From the IMG/VR virus record IMGVR_UViG_3300045941_000223, positions 13,255 through 77,254 of that record: 64,000 bases of DNA. The stretch is one strand, 5' to 3'. Source of the stretch: a virus. The stretch's first letter is position 1. The number at the start of each line of letters is the position of its first letter. The notes beneath the pieces are model-generated. The model ran no database searches. It was not told where the DNA came from and saw nothing but the letters and a program-made list of their open reading frames with translations. This document shows, piece after piece, positions 17,748-27,965 of the stretch. A program made the position numbers and the translations under genes.

Positions 17748-18134
17748 ATGGCACAGAGATTTGCCGGGATCGCCTTCCTGTTCGTGGACGGCGTCCAACT
17801 TGCACTTCGCGGCAACTTCACCGTGAGCCCGTCGCCGATCGAGCGCACTATGATCGCCGGTCAGGACCGGGTTCACGGCTATCAGGAATTGCCGCGCGTG
17901 CCCTACATCGAGGGCGACGTTTCCACGGTGCCCGAGCTGAACATCGAAGACCTCGATGGACAGACCGACGTGACCGTGATCGCGCAGCTCGCCAACAACA
18001 AGCAGTACACGCTGTTCGGCGGGACGTGCAAAGCCGCACTCGAAGCCAACACCCGCGACGGGCAGATGCGCGTGCGCTGGGAAGGCTTGATCTGCGACGA
18101 GATCGACCTAGGCCCGACCGCGGGCGCGGCGTAA
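17748..18134 (+). CDS. Mu gpM-like tail tube protein
   Basis: AGIAFLFVDG...VHGYQELPRVPYIEG. Confidence 0.9.
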   Translation: MAQRFAGIAFLFVDGVQLALRGNFTVSPSPIERTMIAGQDRVHGYQELPRVPYIEGDVSTVPELNIEDLDGQTDVTVIAQLANNKQYTLFGGTCKAALEANTRDGQMRVRWEGLICDEIDLGPTAGAA

Positions 18135-18144
18135 AGGAGGCGTC

Positions 18145-18546
18145 ATGAACAAGCCGCAACCACGCGAGGGCTTCGTCGCCGACGAGCCGACGCAGGTCGA
18201 TCTGCAGACACTGGAGCGGGAGCCGGTCATCGAGCCGCTTCCCGCAGAAGTGTGGCCGGTCAAGGTCAAGCTGATGCACCGCGCCATTCGCAACAACAGT
18301 GGCGAGGAAACCCGCGAGCTTTCGTTCCGCGAGCCGACCGGCGGCGATATCAATCGCTACGGCAACCCGGTGCGGGTCAATCAGGAAGGCGACGTGGTCA
18401 TCGACGAGCGCAAGATGACCACCATCATGGCCGCCCTGTCGGGCGTGCTGCAACCGCTCATCGAACGCATGGACCCGCGCGACTGGAATTCGTGCGCGTA
18501 TCGGTTACGCGGTTTTTTTCTTCCAGATCCACAGGCGTGGCTCTAG
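18145..18546 (+). CDS. tail assembly chaperone (Mu gp41-like)
   Basis: ELSFREPTGGDI...MAALSG...MDPRDW; lies between tube and tape measure. Confidence 0.85.
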   Translation: MNKPQPREGFVADEPTQVDLQTLEREPVIEPLPAEVWPVKVKLMHRAIRNNSGEETRELSFREPTGGDINRYGNPVRVNQEGDVVIDERKMTTIMAALSGVLQPLIERMDPRDWNSCAYRLRGFFLPDPQAWL

Positions 18547-18716
18547 ACGACGAGAACATCATTATCGACTGCTATCGTCTAGCGCGCTGGTATCACCAGC
18601 CTCCGGATCTTTTCCTGAACATGCCTGTGAGTACGGTGCGGCTGCACTTGCTGCGCACGATCCAGCTCGCGCGGATCATGCGACGCGAGGCAGCGGACAG
18701 CGAAGACAATGCCTGA
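18513..18716 (+). other. Programmed -1 frameshift (T TTT TTT) and extension giving the long chaperone isoform
   Basis: GGT TTT TTT CTT in frame 0; the -1 frame is open to 18716 and encodes DCYRLARWYHQPPDLFLNMP. Confidence 0.75.
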
Positions 18717-21606
18717 ATTCCAAGAGCTGAAGATCACCGTCTCGCTGCAGGACAATCTCAGCGCCGTGCTGGCTGAGATCAAGAAGCACATTGCCGAAAT
18801 GCAGCATGTCAAGGGACATGACAAGCTGGGCGAGGAAGCGAGGAAGACCGGCGAGCAAGTGAAGAGCCTGACGCATCACACCGGTCTGCTGGGGTTTGCG
18901 CTCGGCTACGCAACCAACGTGATCTGGGGCGCGCTCGATGAATTCAAAAAGAAGGCGGTGGATCTGGTCGCTAATACCAGCAAGTTGCGGAGCTGGGCCG
19001 AGGGCATGTCCGACTTTGCGCAACTGGCCAGACGACTTGGCGTGCATCAGGGCGAGTTCAAGGCCGTGCATGATCAACTGATCCTGCAAGGCTTCACGTC
19101 GCCGCAGGCTAAGGAATTCATGGCGCAGATGGCCAGCATAACGGACAAGATCAAATACAGTCCGCAATTCAACGAGATCAGAACGAAGATGCTCTCGTTC
19201 GCTGGCACGAACGTGGAGCTGTTCAACAAGCTGAAGGACTTGCTCGACGAGTACGAGATCGCTGACACCTACGAGAAAAAAGCCAACGTCATCATCCGGT
19301 CGGTGCAAGCGGTCCGCGACAATCTCTTGAAACAGCCGGGCATGGCCCCGGAAACGGCAGCGAGAGCAGCGAGGGTATTCGCCGAGCAGGCGTGGGGTGT
19401 TGGTCCAGAAGTGGTCGGCATGAGCAGGCTGCTCGTCGAGCACTCCAGAGAGTATCTGGACAACATGGGGCGGATGGTCGTCGAAGCCGAGAAATACATG
19501 AAGGTGATGCACAATCTGGAGTACCAGACGCAACGGATCTCCGATGTGTTCATGCGCCTCAAATTGGCGATCTTCGTGATACCCGAGGAATGGAATGCCA
19601 AAGCCTACGAGAAGACGGCCGATCTGCTGGAATGGCTCACGTTGGAGCTATCACCAGAGGAAAGAAAGAAGCTCGAAGAGCGGTTCGGTGAGAAGTTGCG
19701 CGAGCGCACGCAGCAGCAGCGACCGCAGCGACCACCGGGGGCACCGCGCGGTGGGATGCCGTGGCGCTTCATGGGACTCGCCGACGAGAATAAGAAGCTG
19801 ATCGAGCTGCACGATCAGGTGAAGGAGAGCGCCGACTACTTTCAGATCATAACCAACGATCCGCGCCGCAGGGCACTCGGTCTGCTGTCAACACAGATGG
19901 GCGGGCTGGGCGCTGGGCTCGGCGGCGGCGACGGCTTCGGCGGCGGTGGCGGTGGCGGTGGTGGCCGCACCGGCACCGGAGCTGGCGCTGGCTATGGTGG
20001 CGGTGGACCACCGACGCCGCACTCGGGGGCCGCGCCGGGGAGCCGCGAGCAGGCATCGTCCGGCGGCGCTTCTGGTGGCGGGACGCCGTACTACTATGGC
20101 GGCAAGGTCACGATCGGCGACAAAGAATTCAATTATGGCACCGGCGGCGGTGGGCGCGGTGCACTCCCGTACGGGACTTACTCGGTCAACATCGGCACCG
20201 GCGACATTGGGCCGCTCGGCAGATCACGGCTCGGCTCGGTCGCTACCATCGGCGGCTTGGGCGGCGTCGTCAACGACCCGCGCTATCCGGGCGCACCGCG
20301 ACAAGGGATTCAGATTCACGCATCAAGCAGCCAAGACCTCGATCGATTGTATACCGCCGGATGTTTCGCGGTGCCGAAGTCGCAGTGGCCAGCCTTCAAG
20401 CAAGCGCTCTTGGAGGAATCCAAGAAGGGGCCATTGTCGATAAATCTTGATCGAAGCGGGAGCGCGAGGATCGGGCCGACTTCGAGTATCACGGCTGCGA
20501 ACCAGAAAGGTCACAATGCGCCGCAGGGCGGCGCGGAGGGCGAAAGCGATCCGATGGTTCTGCCGTGGAATTCATCCCATCCCGGTGGCGGTGCCTCTTG
20601 GGAGGCGCGGCAGACGCCACGCTACTATCGCGGCAAGGTCACGATCGGCGGGAAGGAGTTCGACTACGGCACCGGTAACATTGGTCGTGGCGCTGTTCCA
20701 TGGGGAACCTACCCGATCAATATCGGTGCCAATGACATTGGGCGGAAGGGTAGGAAACTTGGCTCGGTTGCGACTCTCGGAGGTTTGAACGGGATCATCA
20801 ACGACCCACGCTATCCCGGTGCACCGCGGACCGGAGTTCAGATCCACGCGTCAAGCAGCGCAACTCTCGATCGATTGTATAGCGAGGGATGCTTTGCGGT
20901 GGCGCGGGCACAGTGGCCAGACTTCAAAGCCGCGCTCTTGGAAGAGGCGAAGAAAGGGCCATTGTCGATCAATCTTGATCCGAGCGGGCGCGCGATCATC
21001 GGCGAAACTTCGGAAGTTACGGCTCAGGCCAGTCGCAGTGGTGGGTTCGACGAAGGTGGTACGACCGGGCTTGAATTGTCCCGCGCTGGTCCACGCGGCA
21101 TCTCAGCACGCGCGTCCGAGATTGCATCAGAACGTCAGCAGATGGCGGCGACCCGCTTCATGGCGAGCGAGGGCGGAAGCGGGACATACACTCCGTCACC
21201 CGAGCAGCAGCAACGCATGCAGAAAATCAGCGATGTCCTGCCGCGCTCGGCCAACGTGATCGATCTGAGACCGTATTCAAATGTCACCAATCCATTTCTA
21301 CGCAAAGGTCTGATGGCGCGCGGAGGATGGAGCACCGAAGAGCGGCTACGCGCCGATTTTGAAAGAAGGATGGCCAAAGAGCACGAAGAGATGGCCGAAG
21401 AGATGCGGCGTGAGCTGGACCGCGACATGGGCACCGAGATCGACGGCGGCGAGGTTGAGGCTGGTGGCAATGTCGATGTTGAGATCCCGCCGGGTGTTGG
21501 CGCACCTGCGTCGCAGAACCTGTTCTCTCCGGTGCCGTTGAACCGGCAGACCATGATGGATCAGACGCCGAGAGGGCGGCCTTCACAGATTCCCGAGGCT
21601 GAATAG
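18709..21606 (+). CDS. Tape-measure-like protein A with tandem Tlde1/DUF2778-like (L,D-transpeptidase-fold) domains
   Basis: Helical N-terminal part, Gly linker, then two copies of GALPYGTY...GIQIH...(T/S)xGCFAV. Confidence 0.7.
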   Translation: MPEFQELKITVSLQDNLSAVLAEIKKHIAEMQHVKGHDKLGEEARKTGEQVKSLTHHTGLLGFALGYATNVIWGALDEFKKKAVDLVANTSKLRSWAEGMSDFAQLARRLGVHQGEFKAVHDQLILQGFTSPQAKEFMAQMASITDKIKYSPQFNEIRTKMLSFAGTNVELFNKLKDLLDEYEIADTYEKKANVIIRSVQAVRDNLLKQPGMAPETAARAARVFAEQAWGVGPEVVGMSRLLVEHSREYLDNMGRMVVEAEKYMKVMHNLEYQTQRISDVFMRLKLAIFVIPEEWNAKAYEKTADLLEWLTLELSPEERKKLEERFGEKLRERTQQQRPQRPPGAPRGGMPWRFMGLADENKKLIELHDQVKESADYFQIITNDPRRRALGLLSTQMGGLGAGLGGGDGFGGGGGGGGGRTGTGAGAGYGGGGPPTPHSGAAPGSREQASSGGASGGGTPYYYGGKVTIGDKEFNYGTGGGGRGALPYGTYSVNIGTGDIGPLGRSRLGSVATIGGLGGVVNDPRYPGAPRQGIQIHASSSQDLDRLYTAGCFAVPKSQWPAFKQALLEESKKGPLSINLDRSGSARIGPTSSITAANQKGHNAPQGGAEGESDPMVLPWNSSHPGGGASWEARQTPRYYRGKVTIGGKEFDYGTGNIGRGAVPWGTYPINIGANDIGRKGRKLGSVATLGGLNGIINDPRYPGAPRTGVQIHASSSATLDRLYSEGCFAVARAQWPDFKAALLEEAKKGPLSINLDPSGRAIIGETSEVTAQASRSGGFDEGGTTGLELSRAGPRGISARASEIASERQQMAATRFMASEGGSGTYTPSPEQQQRMQKISDVLPRSANVIDLRPYSNVTNPFLRKGLMARGGWSTEERLRADFERRMAKEHEEMAEEMRRELDRDMGTEIDGGEVEAGGNVDVEIPPGVGAPASQNLFSPVPLNRQTMMDQTPRGRPSQIPEAE
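20082..21003 (+). repeat. Internal tandem duplication (about 390 bp, two copies) of the Tlde1-like domain
   Basis: About 20082-20475 versus about 20613-21003, similar at DNA and protein level. Confidence 0.85.
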
Positions 21607-24528
21607 TTGCCTGAATTCGAAGAGCTGCGGATTTCTGTCCAACTGGTCGATAACGCATCGCCCGGGTTGGTCCGGCTGCGGTCGGAGATCGCATCGTTGG
21701 CATCGGGTGAAGTCCTGAAGAAGCAGGATTCGTTCGGCAAGTCGTGGGCGGATCTCGGCACCAAGGTCAAGGATTTCGCCGAGAACGCCAAGTCGCTGGG
21801 CACCGAGTTGCGTACGCTGGGTGTTCGCTTTGCTCTGCCGGTGGTCGGGCTCACCTTGCTCGCCCGCTGGATCATCAATACCAGAGAAGCGGCGTCGGCA
21901 TTTGCCTCCGAGCTGTCCGGCATCGCTCGCACCGCCCGTTCGGTCGGAATGGATTCGGTCCATTTCAAGACTCTGACCGACAACCTCCAGCGTTTGGGAT
22001 TGTCGCTGGAGACCTCGCAGAAAGCCGCTGCCGGATTCGCCGAAGCGCGCGGCAAGCTCATGGAAAGGGGCAACGAGCTTCACCAACAACTGATGGAGAT
22101 GACCAAGGGTATTCCCGGCGCAACGCACAACATGCGGCAGTTCATCGAAACCTTCATCAGCATGTCCGACCGCCCGGAAGCGTTCAACATGATGATGGAG
22201 TCCGGGCTGAGCATCCGCAAAAAAATCGAGGATCAATTCGGCTCAGAGGCGGCGGCAAGATTCCATCGTCAATTCCTCGACTTTCTGACCGGCGGCATGG
22301 GGGCGGCGATAGCCGGGCTCGATCCCTCCGGAAGAATCAAGCCGCTGACCGAAGCTCAAAAAAAGGCGCAGGAAGAAGCCTTCAAAAACTCCCAAAAGAT
22401 TTCGCAGGCCAACAAGGAGACGGAAGCCGCTGCAAAGCGAGCGGAAGAGGTCGCGCTGAGATTGGCGGTCGATGTTTGGGCCCCGCTCATCACTGGCATG
22501 AACACCGGGCTGGAAAAGGTCGCCAATCTGGTCGAGCGGATTGACCGGGTGGTTCGCAACTGGAAATGGCTCGGCGGCGGCGGCAATGAGGGCAGGCCCG
22601 ATGAGGGCAAGCCGGTACGGTTCATGAGTGCTGGCATGGGGGAGCCGCTGCCGGATGTCGGTGGCAACGAGATCCCCGGCGGTACCGGACCCGGCACGTT
22701 GTTCGACGCGCTGAAAGAGTACCGCGATCTCGGGCGCTCGCGGATCGAGGATCGACGCACCGGCATGGGCGCACCGGCAGGCGAGCAGGGCGATGTGACC
22801 CAGCAGCTCACCGAGCAATTCAGGCGCTTGAACGAGTACCTGATGCTGCTGGTGCCACAGGGCAAAGGGCTCGGCCTGCTCTCGACGGAGATGGGCGGGC
22901 TCGGCAAAGGCTTCGGCACCGGCGGTGGTGTTGCTTCGCCGATGGGCGGCGGCGGTGGTGGGTTTGGTGGCGGCGGTGGCGGCGGCGGCGGTGGCGGGTT
23001 TGGCGGCGGCGGCGGCGGCGGCGGTGGTGGAGGCGGTGGAGGCGGCGGCGGTGGGCGTCCACCCGGGGCGCTCGATCCGAGCCACTTCGTCGATCCAGCG
23101 AAGCCCAGCGCGGTGGGCGTCACCGAACCGCAGAAAGGCGTGTTCGGCTTTGATCCGACCACCGGTCAGCCGCTGGCGATCGATCCCGGGACGTTAGCGC
23201 CGAAGCCGCCTGCTGGAAGCGTGACCCAACCACCGAAGGGCGGCGGCGGTGGTGGCGGTGGTGAGGGTATGCGCCGCGGTGACGCGCCTCCCGGTACGGA
23301 CGCGCCGGGTATTTACAACAAGCTGCTCACAGCATTTCAGAATTCGAAATTGGTCGGCGTCGTGCCGCCTGATGGTGCGCGGTTTGGGATCACGACAGGA
23401 TCTGCCGAAGAGTGGGCGCGGTTCGCTACTTCAATTGCCAACGAGGAGTCGAGTTTCAAGCCGTGGACTAAGAACGAGTACGGGGAGCGCTCCTATGGAA
23501 TCTTCCAGTACGATCACTCGCAAGTGCCGGGAGGAAATGCATTCAATGTAGATGCGTCGATTAGTGCGTTTGTCAGGGATGCTGAAACTTCGGTGAGAGA
23601 AGGAGGCATTCGCGATGCTCGCGGTGGCAAGGGCGGCAGAAGTCTACTGGCTCGGCGGTTTTCGACTATTGGCAACCATCCCGAGCGCGCAATAAGAAGT
23701 TTGCCATTGGCTGGACGTGTGGGCGTAACGGCAACAGGCGGCCGTGGCCCCGTCACCGCTGATCCAGCCAAGCCGTTCCCGTGGACACCATCGACTGCAG
23801 GCGGCGCTGGCGGCGGTGATGTCATCAATCGCGATATCAGTCATCTCTCGCAAGGTCAGGCCAACGTCGGAGCATTCAATCAAGCTGTGAAGGGGCTGGT
23901 CGTTCATCACACTTCCGGTCGCGGGACGCCCGAAGGTGTCGCGACGACGTTTCAGCAGCGCGGCTACCCAGCGCAATTCATCATCGATCGCGAGGGCAAC
24001 ATTGTCCGCTATCTGCCGGAAGGTGCGAGCGGCGCGCATGTCAAACCCGGACAGGGCATTGGCAAGGGACTCGGCAATTGGAATTTGGAGGGCGTCGAGG
24101 TCATCGCAAGAAACGAAAAAGATGTTTTGCCAATTCAGCGCGAGGCCGTTGCCCGTCTGCTTGCCGAACGTGCTGCAAGGCACGGCTACGATCCCAAAAC
24201 AGGTGTTTTCGGTCACGGCGAAATAAATCCGCACAAGGAACGCAACGAAGGCTCGACTGCCCAAATGATTCGGGAAGGCAAGATAGCCATTCCGGATCGC
24301 GCGGTGCTCGATCGTGCGCAAGGCCGTGAGATCACTTCCAAGGTCAACGCCACCGGCAAATTGGATGTTACCGTGCGCGCTCCGAAACGGACGCGCGTCG
24401 GCGTCAAGGGCTCTGGCGTGTTCGCCAAGACCGAGCTGGACCGTCAGACGACAATGCCAACGACACCACGTCAGAGCGCTCGCCAGAGCGAGAACGCTTC
24501 CATGGCAGAGCCAGAGTGGCAGGAGTGA
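21607..24528 (+). CDS. Tape-measure-like protein B with lytic-transglycosylase-like and Amidase_2 domains
   Basis: TTG start with GAGG SD; N-terminus paralogous to A; IANEESSF...SYGIFQY (SLT-like); VVHHT...AQFIIDREG...AHV...GVEV...FGHGEI (amidase). Confidence 0.72.
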   Translation: MPEFEELRISVQLVDNASPGLVRLRSEIASLASGEVLKKQDSFGKSWADLGTKVKDFAENAKSLGTELRTLGVRFALPVVGLTLLARWIINTREAASAFASELSGIARTARSVGMDSVHFKTLTDNLQRLGLSLETSQKAAAGFAEARGKLMERGNELHQQLMEMTKGIPGATHNMRQFIETFISMSDRPEAFNMMMESGLSIRKKIEDQFGSEAAARFHRQFLDFLTGGMGAAIAGLDPSGRIKPLTEAQKKAQEEAFKNSQKISQANKETEAAAKRAEEVALRLAVDVWAPLITGMNTGLEKVANLVERIDRVVRNWKWLGGGGNEGRPDEGKPVRFMSAGMGEPLPDVGGNEIPGGTGPGTLFDALKEYRDLGRSRIEDRRTGMGAPAGEQGDVTQQLTEQFRRLNEYLMLLVPQGKGLGLLSTEMGGLGKGFGTGGGVASPMGGGGGGFGGGGGGGGGGGFGGGGGGGGGGGGGGGGGGRPPGALDPSHFVDPAKPSAVGVTEPQKGVFGFDPTTGQPLAIDPGTLAPKPPAGSVTQPPKGGGGGGGGEGMRRGDAPPGTDAPGIYNKLLTAFQNSKLVGVVPPDGARFGITTGSAEEWARFATSIANEESSFKPWTKNEYGERSYGIFQYDHSQVPGGNAFNVDASISAFVRDAETSVREGGIRDARGGKGGRSLLARRFSTIGNHPERAIRSLPLAGRVGVTATGGRGPVTADPAKPFPWTPSTAGGAGGGDVINRDISHLSQGQANVGAFNQAVKGLVVHHTSGRGTPEGVATTFQQRGYPAQFIIDREGNIVRYLPEGASGAHVKPGQGIGKGLGNWNLEGVEVIARNEKDVLPIQREAVARLLAERAARHGYDPKTGVFGHGEINPHKERNEGSTAQMIREGKIAIPDRAVLDRAQGREITSKVNATGKLDVTVRAPKRTRVGVKGSGVFAKTELDRQTTMPTTPRQSARQSENASMAEPEWQE

Positions 24529-24531
24529 TGC

Positions 24532-25179
24532 ATGGCCACCATCATTGAAGCTGGCAGGGGCCGTGGGCCGCATCGTCTTAAATCCTATTGGCGCGACAAG
24601 CTGGTACCGGCACATTTCCGCGGCGCGATGTTCCATGTCGAAGCTGGCGGCAAGTCGTCCGGAAGAAGAACCGTCGTCCATGAATTCCCCAAGCGCAACG
24701 TCCCTTATGCGGAGGACATGGGTAGGCGTGCAGTCGAGTGGAGTGTGCGCGGCTATCTGATCTGCTTCGTCGATGACACCGAAAGCGAACTCTACCGGCG
24801 AGACTACACGCTCCAGCGCGAGAAGGTGATCGCTGCGCTGGAGCAGGACGGGTATGGCCCGCTGCAGCTTCCGCTGCTGCCGCCGATGACGGTGATGTGC
24901 CAGCGCTACCGCGTCACCGAGGAAGAAAAGCTCGGCGGCTATTGCGTGTTCGACATGGAGTTCGTCGAGTTCGGCAAGCCGCCGCTCGCCGGGCCGCCGA
25001 TGAGCGACGCGCAGCTCAAGGCGCAATCCGATGCACTGAAGGCGCGGACCATCCAAGCGCTCGCCAACTACGACACCGAGCTGCTGGGCCGCAAGACGAC
25101 GCCGACCCCTGCGGGTCCGAGCGTGCCGATCTCGGAGATCATTCCGATCGGGCCAACGATCCCCGGTCCCGGTCCCTAA
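24532..25179 (+). CDS. Mu gpN-like DNA circularization protein, N-terminal domain
   Basis: WRDKLVPAHFRGAMFHV...GRRTVVHEFPKR..PYAEDMGR. Confidence 0.88.
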   Translation: MATIIEAGRGRGPHRLKSYWRDKLVPAHFRGAMFHVEAGGKSSGRRTVVHEFPKRNVPYAEDMGRRAVEWSVRGYLICFVDDTESELYRRDYTLQREKVIAALEQDGYGPLQLPLLPPMTVMCQRYRVTEEEKLGGYCVFDMEFVEFGKPPLAGPPMSDAQLKAQSDALKARTIQALANYDTELLGRKTTPTPAGPSVPISEIIPIGPTIPGPGP

Positions 25180-25235
25180 AGCTCGTCCTTCCTTCGCATC
25201 TTTTCATCTCTGGCCACACAACATGGGAGGTCACC

Positions 25236-25613
25236 ATGGCCGTCAACTATTCAACCACGCTCAAAGGCAACCGCATGCAGGCGGTGCTCGACGAGATCGA
25301 CTCGCACGCGAGCCCCGCCATCCTGCAGATCCTGCAGAGCCCCAGCACCGTGCTGGCGGTCATCACCTTGTCCGATCCGTCGTTCACCCGTTCTGGCTCG
25401 GTGCTCACCATGGCGGGCACACCACGATCCGACACATCGGCCGACGCCAGCGGCACCGCCAATCTTGCCAAGATCCTCAAGGGCGATGGGACCAGCGTGG
25501 TGGTTGACGGGCTCACGGTCGGCACTGCCGCGAGCGATATCATCCTGAACAGCACAACGATCACGGCGGGCCAAACCATTACCATCACGTCGGGAACGAT
25601 CACTCACGCCTGA
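25236..25613 (+). CDS. small virion structural protein
   Basis: SD GGGAGG; MAVNYSTTLK...TITAGQTITITSGTITHA, beta-rich. Confidence 0.7.
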   Translation: MAVNYSTTLKGNRMQAVLDEIDSHASPAILQILQSPSTVLAVITLSDPSFTRSGSVLTMAGTPRSDTSADASGTANLAKILKGDGTSVVVDGLTVGTAASDIILNSTTITAGQTITITSGTITHA

Positions 25614-25629
25614 TCGAGGCCCCTGAGCC

Positions 25630-27627
25630 ATGGCTCACATCCTCGCGGATCGCGTCCGCGACACCACCACGACGAACGGCGTCGGTGCCGTCACGGTCAG
25701 CGGCACCGCGCCGATACGTCATCGCACGTTCAGTGCTGTGGCCACGGCTGATGGCGACACGTTCCCGTACGTGATCGTCCATCGGACTGCGAACGAGTGG
25801 GAAACTGGTCTCGCGACCCGCGTGTCGGCCAACGTCTACGCCCGCACCATTATCTATGCGCCGAACCCCGGCACGCCGGTGGACTTTTCGTCGGGCGACA
25901 AGGACATGGCGCTGGTCTTCACTTCCAACCCGACGCACGCCAACACCATCGAACTCGGCCACCCGACCGACACGACGCTTGCGCGAAGTGCCGCCGGTAG
26001 GGTGTCGGTCGAGGGCTTGGACTTGCTGATCGGCAGCGATATCGCTGGCAAGGCCGATCTGGCGTCACCGGTCTTCACCGGCGATCCGCGGGCCCCGACG
26101 CCTGCGACGGCCGACAACGACACGAGCGTTGCGACCACTGCATTTGTGAAGGCGCAGGGGTATCTCGTCTCCAGCGACATTACGGGGAAGGCCGATCTCG
26201 CCAGCCCGATATTCACTGGCGATCCGAAAGCGCCCACGCCGACGACGGCGGACAACGACACGAGCATCGCGACCACCGCCTTCGTCAAGGCGCAAGGCTA
26301 TTTGGTGTCGAGTGATCTGACGCCCTATGCGTTGGACACTGACTTGGCAAACTACCAGCCGCTCGATGCAGAGCTGACGGCGGTCGCCGGATTGTCATCG
26401 AACGGCCTGATGGCGAGGACGGGAGCCGGTACCGCTGCCGCGCGCTCGATCGCTGGACCGGCGGCAGGCATCACGGTCTCCAATGCGGATGGCGTCAGCG
26501 GCAACCCGACGCTGGCACTGGCCAACGATCTCGCGGCGTTGGAGGCGCTGGCGGGAACGAACACGATCTACTACCGGTCGGGAGCGGATGCGTGGAGCGC
26601 CGTGACCATCGGCGGCAACATGACGTTCGCGGGAGGCGTACTGAACTCGACCGCCGGTGGCGGTGGAGCGCCAACGAATGCTCAGTATGTTGTGCTGGCG
26701 CTCGATGCGACGCTGACTGATGAGCGGTTGTTGGCGTTCGGCACCGGGATATCGCTGACGGACGGTGGAGCTGGTGCCAGCGCCACCATCAACCTCGATG
26801 CCGATCTGGTGTCGTGGGCGGGCATCACGCGCGCAGCCGGTTTCGACACATTCGTGGCGACGCCGTCGTCCGCCAATCTTGCGGCTTTGGTCACCGGCGA
26901 GACCGGCACCGGAGCGCTGATGTTCGGCACGTCGCCGGTGATCACCACCGACATTACGATCCCGAATACCGGGCTGCATCTATTCGACACGGATGCCTCG
27001 CATGACCTGATCGTCAAGCCGGGCTCGAATCTAACCGCTGATCGCACGTTCACGGTTGTCACTGGCGATGTTGATCGCACGTTGACGCTCACCGGCAACG
27101 TCACTTCGAATCAGGATGTATCGACGACTGGCACTCCGACGTTCGCGTCGATCACGTTGTCAAACGGTCAGATTGTCTTTCCGGCATCACAGGTCGCGAG
27201 CGCGGGCGCGAACACGCTCGACGACTATGAAGAAGGGACATGGACGCCGACCGTCACGTTTGCGACCCAAGGCGATAGGAGCATCGCAAGCCCAGGAATC
27301 GTCGGCTGGTACGTCAAGGTCGGCGGAATGGTGATGGCCGGTGGTCAGGTGTCCGGCACAATGAATTACACAACGTCGGGTGGAAACATACGCCTGCAGA
27401 CCTTCCCGTTCACGCCGAGCCAGACGGCGATCGGAACGATCTTGAACGGCGGGATGACGATCACCGGCTACACGCACGTCCAACTGATGCTGCAGGGGAG
27501 CAACACATACGCAGAATTTTATGCAAGCGATCCGGCGAACAATAAGGCCATCACGCCGTGCTCAGTTACGAACTTGCCGAACGGCAGGGCCTTCGATTTC
27601 AGATGGACCATGACCTACAGGGTGTGA
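25630..27627 (+). CDS. tail fibre-like protein
   Basis: LADRVRDTTTT N-terminus; repeated ADLASPxFTGDPxAPTP...ATTAFVKA; DDYEEGTWTP C-terminal domain. Confidence 0.8.
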   Translation: MAHILADRVRDTTTTNGVGAVTVSGTAPIRHRTFSAVATADGDTFPYVIVHRTANEWETGLATRVSANVYARTIIYAPNPGTPVDFSSGDKDMALVFTSNPTHANTIELGHPTDTTLARSAAGRVSVEGLDLLIGSDIAGKADLASPVFTGDPRAPTPATADNDTSVATTAFVKAQGYLVSSDITGKADLASPIFTGDPKAPTPTTADNDTSIATTAFVKAQGYLVSSDLTPYALDTDLANYQPLDAELTAVAGLSSNGLMARTGAGTAAARSIAGPAAGITVSNADGVSGNPTLALANDLAALEALAGTNTIYYRSGADAWSAVTIGGNMTFAGGVLNSTAGGGGAPTNAQYVVLALDATLTDERLLAFGTGISLTDGGAGASATINLDADLVSWAGITRAAGFDTFVATPSSANLAALVTGETGTGALMFGTSPVITTDITIPNTGLHLFDTDASHDLIVKPGSNLTADRTFTVVTGDVDRTLTLTGNVTSNQDVSTTGTPTFASITLSNGQIVFPASQVASAGANTLDDYEEGTWTPTVTFATQGDRSIASPGIVGWYVKVGGMVMAGGQVSGTMNYTTSGGNIRLQTFPFTPSQTAIGTILNGGMTITGYTHVQLMLQGSNTYAEFYASDPANNKAITPCSVTNLPNGRAFDFRWTMTYRV

Positions 27628-27630
27628 GCG

Positions 27631-27954
27631 ATGGAAAAGTTGACGCTGATCGGGCAGATCGAGTTGACGGCCAATGCCGTCCAAGTCCGGTTGCATCTGA
27701 CGATTATGGATGGCGAGAACAAATTGAGCGAACAGTACCACCGGTTCGCTCTTGACAGCGAAGCAGACGTGCAGGGCACCTATGATTCGGTCAACGCGCA
27801 TCTCCAATCAATGGGCTGGTCGCCAATGTCGGCGGCGCAGATGACTGAGATTTCTAACGTCTATACGAATTGGCAGGAGAGTTTGGTTGCGGCTGGTGTG
27901 GAAGCGCAGAGGGCGACGGCGCAGACAACGGTGAAGTCGAAGACGAAGCGTTAA
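27631..27954 (+). CDS. putative fibre-associated or chaperone protein
   Basis: Small ORF directly after the fibre gene. Confidence 0.6.
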   Translation: MEKLTLIGQIELTANAVQVRLHLTIMDGENKLSEQYHRFALDSEADVQGTYDSVNAHLQSMGWSPMSAAQMTEISNVYTNWQESLVAAGVEAQRATAQTTVKSKTKR

Positions 27955-27965
27955 AAGAACGCTCG

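Noticed and set aside
22945-23055. GGC/GGT microsatellite as a contingency locus
   Set aside because: It is a triplet repeat encoding the poly-Gly linker, so length changes would not shift the frame.
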